Source: an uncultured Lachnospiraceae bacterium (GTDB lineage Bacteria; Bacillota; Clostridia; Lachnospirales; Lachnospiraceae). From it: 24,000 nt of DNA. The translations under genes and the position numbers were made by a program. Below the pieces are notes generated by a model. It saw only the letters and a list, made by a program, of their open reading frames with translations, searched no databases and was not told where the DNA came from. The number at the start of each line of letters is the position of its first letter. Position 1 is the first letter of the stretch. Shown here piece after piece: positions 1 to 7,200 of the stretch. The stretch covers positions 94,263 through 118,262 of the forward strand of contig CAKRIL010000002.1 of NCBI GenBank assembly GCA_934343915.1. The letters are read 5' to 3'.

Positions 1-1570
1 CTTTTTCAGCGAGATAGAAGGCTGCCGTAAGTCCCGCAGGACCTCCTCCTATAATGGCAATCTTCTCGTCAAAGTGATCCATATGTATACTTGCAGGAAT
101 AACAACAGGTGGAATATACCTTGTCTCTGCATTAAGATCCTGCTCAGCGATGAACTTCTTAACTGCATCGATTGCAACTGCCTCATCTATTGTTCCACGG
201 GTACATGCATCCTCGCAGCGTCTGTTGCAGATACGTCCGCATATTGCCGGGAACGGATTCTGCTTCTTGATAAGAGCCAGCGCATCCTGATACCTTCCCT
301 GTGCGGCAAGCTTTAAATAACCCTGAACAGCGATATGCGCAGGGCATGCTGTCTTACATGGTGCAGTACCGGTCTTATGTGAATTGATACGGTTATTATC
401 CCGGTAATTGTAATCCCACTTATCCTCACCCCATTTTTTAGCATCAGGAAGCTCCTGTCTTGGATACTGAACCTCCGTTCCATCCTCCTGACAGAGCTTC
501 TGTCCGAGTCTCGTTGCACCTGCCGGGCAGTACTCTACGCAGCGTCCGCACGCAACACACTTATCCTTGTCGACATGCGCAACATACGCAGACCTTGACA
601 TATTAGGAGTGTTGAATAACTGTGATGTACGGAGTGCATTACATATCTCAGGATTACAGTTACAGATTCCGAAAATCTTGTTCTCTCCGTCGATATTGGT
701 AATCTGATGTACATATCCGTTCTCTTCTGCTCTCTTAAGAATCTCTAATGCTTCTTCCTTGGTAATATCGTGTCCCTTTCCTGTCTCACGGCAGTAATCC
801 GCGAAATCACCCACACCGATGCACCAGCCGAAATCATCATCCGCACAGCCATCTCCGATTGCCTTTCTCGAAGCCCGGCAGGAGCAGCGTCCCGCACCAA
901 GCTTGCCTTCGTACTTGCTCAGCCAGTAAGAAAGATGCTCAATATCGACCGACTGATTCTCCATATTGATTGCCTTCTCAACAGGAATGACATGCATACC
1001 GATTCCGGCTCCTCCCGGCGGAACCATCTGTGTGATGCCCGCAAGCGGAAGGTATGTCATCCGCTCGAAGAAGGATGCCACATCGGGATGCTCCTTAAGT
1101 CTCGGATTGCTTCTGTCAGGACGTTCCTCCATGTTGAAAAGCTCCGCTGAGCCCGGCACGAACATCGGCAGAATATATCTTCTCTCAGACTGCGGTGCCG
1201 TTCGTCCGTTGTGGTCATAGTGATAACCGTAATCGTATTCCAAAAGTCCGATGTAGCTCATCTCATCAAGAAGCTTTTGGAACTTCTCTTCCCCGTCCTT
1301 CGGGATGTTATTCATCTTACACATCTCGGCAAAGGTATACGGAGTTCTCTTCTTCATGGAAAGTCCGACATCAGCCATCTCTTCTGTTATGATCTCCGCA
1401 AGTCCCCAGTATTCCGGATCCTCAACCTTCACTCCGCCCAGCATATGTCCTGCTACATCGGTAATCTTCTTGCCAAGAGCAATAATCTTCTTGCTTGGTT
1501 CCTTATCCCCCTTGTGTCTTGGCTGCCATTTTGAATAATCTTCAAAATTCTCGTATTTTTCGTATGCCAT
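1..1570 (-). CDS. Fe-S flavoprotein, N-terminal ~523 codons: Cys-rich N-domain, 4Fe-4S ferredoxin motif, then a GltD/dihydropyrimidine-dehydrogenase-type Fe-S and FAD/NAD(P) module. The 3' end lies beyond the left window edge.
   Basis: Missing from the supplied ORF track because no stop falls in-window. The minus-strand ATG (plus 1568-1570) is preceded by GAAAGAGGG. Manual translation reads MAYEKYENFEDYSKWQPRHKGDKEPSKKIIALGKK... and, as far as I checked by hand, stays open to position 2. It contains CVACGRCVEYCP, then CKTACPAHIAVQGY...PFPAICGRICNRRCEDACTRG and KIAIIGGGPAGLTAAFYLAEK (Rossmann GxGxxG). These parallel the NfnB-like protein at 16387-17769. Confidence 0.8.
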   Translation of the reverse strand, partial: MAYEKYENFEDYSKWQPRHKGDKEPSKKIIALGKKITDVAGHMLGGVKVEDPEYWGLAEIITEEMADVGLSMKKRTPYTFAEMCKMNNIPKDGEEKFQKLLDEMSYIGLLEYDYGYHYDHNGRTAPQSERRYILPMFVPGSAELFNMEERPDRSNPRLKEHPDVASFFERMTYLPLAGITQMVPPGGAGIGMHVIPVEKAINMENQSVDIEHLSYWLSKYEGKLGAGRCSCRASRKAIGDGCADDDFGWCIGVGDFADYCRETGKGHDITKEEALEILKRAEENGYVHQITNIDGENKIFGICNCNPEICNALRTSQLFNTPNMSRSAYVAHVDKDKCVACGRCVEYCPAGATRLGQKLCQEDGTEVQYPRQELPDAKKWGEDKWDYNYRDNNRINSHKTGTAPCKTACPAHIAVQGYLKLAAQGRYQDALALIKKQNPFPAICGRICNRRCEDACTRGTIDEAVAIDAVKKFIAEQDLNAETRYIPPVVIPASIHMDHFDEKIAIIGGGPAGLTAAFYLAEK

Positions 1571-1643
1571 CTTGTACCCTCTTTCGTTGATATAGTTTTT
1601 GCCTGTGCCAAAGCGACGTTCCGACACAGATGTTAATGGATTT

Positions 1644-1679
1644 ATTATAACATATCCGGTAACATCTTGCCACAGGCAA
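1644..1679 (-). promoter_or_regulatory. Candidate sigma-A promoter with an extended -10 (TGTTATAAT). A perfect palindrome TTGCC-ACA-GGCAA sits over the -35 position.
   Basis: On the minus strand, TATAAT is plus 1644-1649 and the TG is plus 1651-1652. The weak -35 TGGCAA lies 17 bp upstream, inside the palindrome at 1667-1679. A 12/13 inverted copy (TTGCCTGTGCCAA, 1599-1611) lies in the predicted leader. The ATG is ~70 nt downstream. Confidence 0.4.
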
Positions 1680-1760
1680 TAGGGGGAAACTATACAAATT
1701 AAAATATAATATTAAAGATTGCGGAATTGGTGATTAATTCTTACTGCGTGTCCCTAAATT

Positions 1761-3302
1761 TCATTTGTTTTTGTCTATGCGAAAAACGGATGTTGCTATG
1801 TTCTCCTTGAAGCGCACATCATGCTCGACCAACAGCATCGTAGGGCAAAAAGCCAGAATAAGTTTTTCAATCTGCATCCTAGTATACACATCAATGTAAT
1901 TTAACGGTTCATCCCAAATATACAAATGCGCATGCGTAAGCAGACTTGATGCAATCAGCACCTTTTTCTTCTGTCCCTCAGAGTACTGCTCCATATTTTT
2001 CTCGAATAACCCTCTGTCAAAATCAAGCTGTCTGAGAAGCGATAACAGCAGTGTATAATCAAGCCTTCTCTCTTTTGCCAAATTCTTCAAGGTTCCCTTC
2101 AAAAATGAGGTATCCTGACTGATATAGGATATAATCAAGTTCCGAGGAACCTCCAAAATACCTGATGTCTCATAATCATGTGAACTCTCATCCATGCCTC
2201 TATTGCAATCTAAAATTGCTTTAATCAGACTTGTTTTTCCGCATCCGTTCCTGCCGTCGATTACAATTCTGTCGCCGTTTTTTATTTCGAATGTGACATT
2301 CTTTAGAACATCCGATGCAGAGTCACAGTATTTTAGAGAAAAATCCCTCGCCCAAATCAATCTGTCCTTATGATATCGAAGCGGCATAAGCTTCAAATCA
2401 ACCGTTTCCTCGATATCTTTTAGCAGCCCCTCTTTTTCTTCTATCTCCAGTCCGATGCGTTTTTCGTATGCTTTCACACGCTTCTGCATTTTCTTCGTCT
2501 TTGCACCGATATATGCCCGCGTGTCTATGCATCTGTCGTGTTCTTTCACGGGATTAAATCCTATCTTGGTGCTTTCATTTTGTTTCGCCCATCTGTCTGC
2601 CCTGTCAGCGGCTGCCTCAAGCTTCTCAATTTCCCTTGCATGCTTTTCATTTTCCGCTTTGGCATTCTTATCTGCCTTTTCCTTGTTCGTCCACCAGCTC
2701 GAAAAATTTCCCGTCTGAACCTCTATCGAAGCCCTGTTTAAGACAAGCACATGGTCTATACAGGCATCCAGAAAATCCCTGTCGTGCGACACAAGGATGA
2801 AGCCCTTTTTCTTTTTCAGATATTCCTTCACTATCTGTCGGGCTTCATTGTCCAAATGGTTGGTGGGCTCATCAATCAACAAAAATTCGTTTTCACCCGA
2901 AAATAGTACTGCAAGCATTACTTTTGTCCGTTCGCCAAAGCTCAACGAGCCAAACGGTCTGTACAAAAGCTCCGCGTCAAGTCCAAGCAGCGGAAGCTCA
3001 CACAGAACTCTCCACATTTCTACCTTCGGTTTCCAACCCTCCATCAGCTCATCCGCTGTCCTGTTGTTGTCTCCTTCCGAAACCTTATACGGAAAATAGT
3101 CAAATGTCACATTGGTGCTTATCGTTCCGCTATACTCGTATTTTCCAAGCAGCAGGTTCAAAAATGTTGTTTTCCCCTTTCCGTTTCTCCCTATAAATCC
3201 TAATTTCCAGTCCGTGTCAATCGAAAAGGATGTGTCCGTGAACACTTCATCAAAACTGCCCTCATAGGCAAAGGTCAAATGCTCCACACTTATCTGCGCC
3301 AT
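1761..3302 (-). CDS. ABC-F family ATPase, Lsa-like, a candidate ARE (antibiotic-resistance ABC-F) ribosomal-protection protein, 513 aa
   Basis: The track ORF is 1761-3395. I trimmed the start to ATG 3302 (MAQISVEHLTFAYEG...), which has GGGAGG 7 nt upstream. There are two nucleotide-binding domains: Walker A GRNGKGKTT / GRNGCGKTS, signatures LSFGER / YSEGQKKK, Walker B LLIDEPTNHLD / LYIWDEPLNYID. A long charged helical linker (WWTNKEKADKNAKAENEKHAREIEKLEAAADRADRW...) joins them and there are no TM segments. The N-terminus (WKLGFIGRNGKGKTTFLNLL) resembles Lsa-type proteins from memory. Confidence 0.88.
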   Translation of the reverse strand: MAQISVEHLTFAYEGSFDEVFTDTSFSIDTDWKLGFIGRNGKGKTTFLNLLLGKYEYSGTISTNVTFDYFPYKVSEGDNNRTADELMEGWKPKVEMWRVLCELPLLGLDAELLYRPFGSLSFGERTKVMLAVLFSGENEFLLIDEPTNHLDNEARQIVKEYLKKKKGFILVSHDRDFLDACIDHVLVLNRASIEVQTGNFSSWWTNKEKADKNAKAENEKHAREIEKLEAAADRADRWAKQNESTKIGFNPVKEHDRCIDTRAYIGAKTKKMQKRVKAYEKRIGLEIEEKEGLLKDIEETVDLKLMPLRYHKDRLIWARDFSLKYCDSASDVLKNVTFEIKNGDRIVIDGRNGCGKTSLIKAILDCNRGMDESSHDYETSGILEVPRNLIISYISQDTSFLKGTLKNLAKERRLDYTLLLSLLRQLDFDRGLFEKNMEQYSEGQKKKVLIASSLLTHAHLYIWDEPLNYIDVYTRMQIEKLILAFCPTMLLVEHDVRFKENIATSVFRIDKNK

Positions 3303-3335
3303 ACAAAAACCTCCCTTTACCCTGCAAAATCCGCA

Positions 3336-3371
3336 CAAAAAAGGTCTATTCTGCGTATGCAAAATAGACCT
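3336..3371 (-). terminator. Intrinsic terminator inside the ABC-F 5' leader (candidate attenuator)
   Basis: The minus-strand RNA reads AGGUCUAUUUUGC-AUAC-GCAGAAUAGACCU followed by UUUUUUG. That is a 13-bp stem with one G.U pair. It ends ~30 nt upstream of the ABC-F RBS. Confidence 0.7.
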
Positions 3372-3500
3372 GCAAAAAACTCTTTTTACAATCAACCCGA
3401 TGCAAAAGAGAATACGACTTGCGATAATCTAATTTAAGCACACACAAAACAGCCTGCATTTGCAGGTTATTAAATCAATATGTGTCTCCCTTAAATCAAA

Positions 3501-3515
3501 TTATCGAATAATCAT
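3501..3515 (-). promoter_or_regulatory. Candidate mini-uORF (ATG ATT ATT CGA TAA = MIIR) in the ABC-F leader
   Basis: AAGGTGAG lies 3-4 nt upstream of the ATG, which is short spacing. The uORF lies between the candidate promoter and the leader terminator. It is purely sequence-based and unverified. Confidence 0.25.
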
Positions 3516-3580
3516 TTTCTCACCTTACACAAGCTGTGCTCTTTCTTTTTATTTGTACCACATTTACGGTGGATATGTTT

Positions 3581-3609
3581 ATTATACCTTAATTATTTTC
3601 CATCTGCAA
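3581..3609 (-). promoter_or_regulatory. Candidate sigma-A promoter for the ABC-F transcription unit
   Basis: On the minus strand, TTGCAG (plus 3604-3609), an exact 17-bp spacer, then TATAAT (plus 3581-3586). It lies immediately downstream of the 64-aa ORF stop. Confidence 0.45.
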
Positions 3610-3614
3610 CGGAA

Positions 3615-3809
3615 TTATGCTTTTGAAATGTACCTTCTATTTCTCACCGACCATTTCAAGGCAAGCATAGCAACTTGATTTTCCCAACAAGTAAGCTCTT
3701 CCAGTTCTCCTGTCATCGGCTCCGTACCATTCCGTGAAATAAACTCCGGTATCATATGCTGCTCTACACAGGTCGTTTTATCCTCCACAGCCCTTTTCAT
3801 TTGTGGCAT
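3615..3809 (-). CDS. Hypothetical small protein (64 aa), possibly a gene remnant
   Basis: The ORF starts 20 nt after the upstream gene's stop. The RBS is weak (GGAA) and I recognise no motifs. Confidence 0.3.
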   Translation of the reverse strand: MPQMKRAVEDKTTCVEQHMIPEFISRNGTEPMTGELEELTCWENQVAMLALKWSVRNRRYISKA

Positions 3810-3829
3810 AATTCCAAAATATTCAATAT

Positions 3830-4531
3830 TTACATTTCGGCAAAGAAATCCATGAGTTCATTATAGAAATCCCATTTTCTCTTAATGACAATTGTTTTTG
3901 TTTTTTCTCTCTTTTTAAAATCTTTGGTCAGGTTACTAAACTCATGATAATTAATTGTCACTTTGCTATCCCCATTTTTATTTTCCGAAATATTTCTAAC
4001 AGATAAAATCTTCCAAATATCCTTATGTCCCGGTAGTTTTTCAATGTCATACTCATTCTTAATTCTGCTACTGTAAAATGCCAAATCAGCTTCACCCTTC
4101 CGTGATAACATTTCGTCTAATATAGGATGCCCTTTCCTTGAAAGAAATGAAGAAGATGCTTCTTCCTGATTTAAATACCTAAACCGATATAAATTTTCTC
4201 CGCATGAATCATAAATATACTTCCACTCATTCCATTCTCCCGGATTAAAAATAACGGTAGTATTTCTTTTTTCCTCCAGTGCTTTTTGTGCTTTATATTC
4301 TTCCAATTTTTTCTTCATTTCAGGGCTTGTATGTCGTGAATATAAAGGACTGACTGAAATTTTTTCTTCAGCATCACTAAAAGCGGCGGCATAGCTGGGG
4401 TGAATTTTAGCACAACGTTCCACAATATTGTCCTCCCCATCTATGATAACTCCTCTGTAATATTCACATTGATAATCCTCATGCCAGACTTTTTCAGCCT
4501 CAGGTCTGAAAACTCGATTGTTTGCATCCAT
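3830..4531 (-). CDS. Hypothetical protein, 233 aa, no recognisable domain
   Basis: The ATG at 4531 has AAGGGAGA 7 nt upstream. The ORF is clean and AT-rich. The protein is charged and soluble-looking, with no TM segment or signal peptide. Confidence 0.7.
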   Translation of the reverse strand: MDANNRVFRPEAEKVWHEDYQCEYYRGVIIDGEDNIVERCAKIHPSYAAAFSDAEEKISVSPLYSRHTSPEMKKKLEEYKAQKALEEKRNTTVIFNPGEWNEWKYIYDSCGENLYRFRYLNQEEASSSFLSRKGHPILDEMLSRKGEADLAFYSSRIKNEYDIEKLPGHKDIWKILSVRNISENKNGDSKVTINYHEFSNLTKDFKKREKTKTIVIKRKWDFYNELMDFFAEM

Positions 4532-4596
4532 TGTCAGGTCTCCCTTAAATTCCGATTTTTTGTTCTATTTGCTCCCCGAAAAATTGGGATTTATGG

Positions 4597-5025
4597 CTAC
4601 TTAGAAAAATCAATCTCATATCGTGTTCCATGCGAAAGCAATAATCCATCTATTAAGTCAATACGCAAGATACAAGTGTTTACATCATCAAAGTTATTAT
4701 GTCCATTATCAATCCATTCAGAAAATGCCTCTCGCATCTTATTTGCAATATCTTTGTTTTCTTCTTTTCCGAAATACCCTAAGTTAACACCTTTTCCATG
4801 TGCGGTAAACCAATCACCAGCAAGTGCCACAATAGGATTTACTTCAATCTGCTTCATTTTGTTTGATAATCCATATGTAAGCACATAAAATGCACCATCA
4901 ACATAAAAAGCATTTACATTGCGGACATAAGGGGTTTCATCTACTGTTGTTGCCAACGCAATAATACTATCTTTTCCGAATCGTTCAATTAATATTTCTT
5001 CAGCATCTTTTGTTAATTTCTCCAT
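4597..5025 (-). CDS. Pyridoxamine 5'-phosphate oxidase (PNPOx)-like FMN-binding split-barrel family protein, 142 aa
   Basis: The ATG at 5025 has GGAGG upstream. The N-terminus (IIALATTVDETPYVRNVNAFYVDGAFYVLT...NPIVALAG) matches the typical pattern of the general-stress/PNPOx-like family from memory. Confidence 0.75.
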   Translation of the reverse strand: MEKLTKDAEEILIERFGKDSIIALATTVDETPYVRNVNAFYVDGAFYVLTYGLSNKMKQIEVNPIVALAGDWFTAHGKGVNLGYFGKEENKDIANKMREAFSEWIDNGHNNFDDVNTCILRIDLIDGLLLSHGTRYEIDFSK

Positions 5026-5229
5026 AACCTACCTCCACAATTCCGAGTTGTTAAACTCTTTCTTATTCCCCACCTTCCTGCCCTTCGGACAAGAAGCATC
5101 CCTCGCTTTCAGAACGGTCAATTCTTCACATTCTCCACAAAATCAATGTTATGACTGACACCGTGTTGTTGTCCCATATTTTACTACAAATACCGCTGAT
5201 ATTCCACTTATATTTTTATTGATTATTTA

Positions 5230-5260
5230 AGGCGGACTGCCAATTCTTGGCAATCCGCCT
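5230..5260 (-). terminator. Candidate terminator after the ABC exporter gene
   Basis: AGGCGGAYTGCCA-N5-TGGCARTCCGCCT forms a 13-bp stem. The single imperfect position is a G.U pair on the minus-strand RNA but a C.A mismatch on the plus strand. The U-tract is weak (UUAAAUAAUC). Confidence 0.5.
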
Positions 5261-5315
5261 GTATAACTACCACACCTCTAAACTGTCAAATCATGGTTTA
5301 TAAAGAATTCCCTAA

Positions 5316-7001
5316 CTATTGCACGCTCGCATTATACAAGTCCATAAAATAAGAATCTATATGTAACAGTTCCTCAAAAGTCCCTTGTCCGACAATCTTT
5401 CCTTCTCTAAAAAGAATAATTCTGTCAAAACCTGAAATGGAGCTTAGTCTATGTGCAACTGCAATGACCGTTTTGTCTTTCAATTTTTGCATAACTGATT
5501 TCATCACATTCTCTTCCGTCAAATTATCCATTGCGGATGTCGCCTCATCCAAAATAACAAGCTCAGAGTTTTCAAACCACAGGCGGGCTAATGCAAGTCT
5601 TTGTTTTTCTCCACCCGATAAGCAGGTACCTTTCTCACCGATTTCAGCATCAAGACCTTCCTCAAGATTTTCGACTAAATGTGATAACTGCACCTCATTC
5701 AATGCGTCCAGCATTTGCTCTTTCGGCACCTCTTTGTCGAATACCAGGTTTTCCTTTATCGTTCCGTCAAAAACAGGGGCATCCTGTGATATATAACTCA
5801 CTCTGCCATACAGATTATTAAGACAAATTCCACTTAACTCCATGTCTCCCAAGCGGACTTCACCCTGATTATATTTCAGCAACCCTAATAATATCTTAAT
5901 CAAGGTCGATTTCCCGGAACCGCTTTCTCCCACAAAAGCTATCTTTTCACCCTTTTTTATGGACAGGCTCAAATCATCAATTATTTTTCTTTCCTCATAT
6001 CGAAACGACAAGTTTTTAATTGCGATTTCACCAACATCGGTATTTATTGCATTGCCGTTTTTTAACTGATTGTCATCCTTTAAATCCAGAAATTCTTCAA
6101 ATCTCTTGTAGGACGCTTTATCCAATTTATATTGAACATAAAGTACATTAAAAACAGCAATGGGCGTATAAGCATTTTCAATCAGTGTAATCAGCGCAAC
6201 TACAGAACCTACCGTAATGTTCTGTGTTTTCCATGCGTAAAAAAGAATACCAATATCCAGCATTGCCACAAGCAGCGCAAATATCGTAAAAAATGCCTCA
6301 TGAATCATATTCATTTTTACTTTTGATGCAACAATATCTTCTTTGGCATCGCGGGTTTTCTTTATCTCGCTTGGAAACTGTCTGCTCATACGGAATACCA
6401 ACATCTCCATAAAACCCCTGACCAGATAATGATTCAACAGCTCTTCACTGTCCAAAATCTTTTCTTTTATTTTGTACAAAAATTTCAGAAGGATGTTGGT
6501 TATTACAAAAATGAGCATATAGCCTGCAAACAACACATAGGTGACTTTTTTATCAATTTTCCAAATAAAGTATACACTGAAAACAATAGTAGGAATCAGA
6601 TTTCGAATCAAACATAGCCAAAAATCGAATATCACATTTCTTCCTGCTAATGAACCGTTTTCAATCCTTTGAACAAGTTTTCCGGTGCCAATTTTCTGAT
6701 ACTCTGTGTAATCAACCGTACTTATTTTTCCAAGTGACAAAAGCTTAAAATCCAGATAAATACCTTGTTCCAATTTCTTTTCAGGATAATTATCCAAATA
6801 ATTCATACAGTAGTTTACCAACAAAATAATCCCGTAGGTTACAACTCCCGTAAATGCAAGCGTTCCATATGCCAGTCCATCAATGACCTTTTGGAAATAG
6901 TCAGCCTTGTAATTAGCCATAAATGCATTAAATATACCTAGTCCTATGTAGACTAATACCCATATTCTGTTTTTCTTTAATACTTCCTTTATATAGCGCA
7001 T
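5316..7001 (-). CDS. ABC exporter, fused permease and ATPase half-transporter (type I exporter fold), 561 aa
   Basis: The track ORF is 5316-7052. I trimmed the start to ATG 7001 (MRYIKEVLKKNRIW...), which has AAGGAG upstream. The N-terminal half is a multi-TM region. The C-terminal NBD has Walker A GESGSGKST, signature LSGGEKQR and Walker B LVILDEATSAMD. Confidence 0.9.
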   Translation of the reverse strand: MRYIKEVLKKNRIWVLVYIGLGIFNAFMANYKADYFQKVIDGLAYGTLAFTGVVTYGIILLVNYCMNYLDNYPEKKLEQGIYLDFKLLSLGKISTVDYTEYQKIGTGKLVQRIENGSLAGRNVIFDFWLCLIRNLIPTIVFSVYFIWKIDKKVTYVLFAGYMLIFVITNILLKFLYKIKEKILDSEELLNHYLVRGFMEMLVFRMSRQFPSEIKKTRDAKEDIVASKVKMNMIHEAFFTIFALLVAMLDIGILFYAWKTQNITVGSVVALITLIENAYTPIAVFNVLYVQYKLDKASYKRFEEFLDLKDDNQLKNGNAINTDVGEIAIKNLSFRYEERKIIDDLSLSIKKGEKIAFVGESGSGKSTLIKILLGLLKYNQGEVRLGDMELSGICLNNLYGRVSYISQDAPVFDGTIKENLVFDKEVPKEQMLDALNEVQLSHLVENLEEGLDAEIGEKGTCLSGGEKQRLALARLWFENSELVILDEATSAMDNLTEENVMKSVMQKLKDKTVIAVAHRLSSISGFDRIILFREGKIVGQGTFEELLHIDSYFMDLYNASVQ

Positions 7002-7099
7002 AACTGTACTCCTTAATATATTGTATTTTAAGCAATAGGACAGTACAGCCAACGACTGTCAGCAAGTTTCTTTTAACCTCAGCACAATCTGCTAACAGT

Positions 7100-7141
7100 T
7101 TACATCAACTGTACTGAGTAGTTATCTCGGATAAGTTTCAT
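7100..7141 (-). promoter_or_regulatory. Candidate leader peptide uORF (MKLIRDNYSVQLM) upstream of the ABC exporter
   Basis: AGAGGTGA lies 7 nt upstream of the ATG. There are 13 codons plus TAA. The last codons overlap a 9-mer (AGTACAGTT) that recurs at the exporter RBS/start. Confidence 0.3.
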
Positions 7142-7200
7142 ATCATTCTCACCTCTTTCAAATAAAATGTTTCTATCATTTTACTACATAAAGTTTTAAT

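Noticed and set aside
1596-1612. TGGCAC on the minus strand could be a sigma-54 -24 element.
   Set aside because: No TTGC -12 element lies at the required 5-nt spacing. The sequence is better explained as half of the paired palindromic sites.
3303-3395. The ORF track implies N-terminal extensions for several genes: 3303-3395, 7002-7052, 9826-9864, 10592-10636, 12342-12452 and 17770-17802.
   Set aside because: In each case an internal ATG has a proper SD at the correct spacing and begins the conserved domain. The extensions overlap upstream genes, terminators or leaders and read as non-protein-like sequence.
3346-3459. A 37-codon uORF (MQAVLCVLKLDYRK...) in the ABC-F leader ends inside the terminator's 3' arm.
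   Set aside because: It is attractive as a coupling mechanism, but no SD precedes its ATG. That ATG also sits inside a small hairpin (CCTGCAAATGCAGG). I cannot support it from sequence alone, so I kept it only as an alternative to the mini-uORFs.
3483-3495. The exact 13-mer GTCTCCCTTAAAT is repeated at 3483-3495 and 4538-4550. The 11-mer ATTTTACTACA is also repeated at ~5178 and ~7178.
   Set aside because: A few exact 11-13-mer coincidences are expected by chance in 24 kb of AT-biased DNA. Similarity does not extend beyond the SD-like or -10-like cores.
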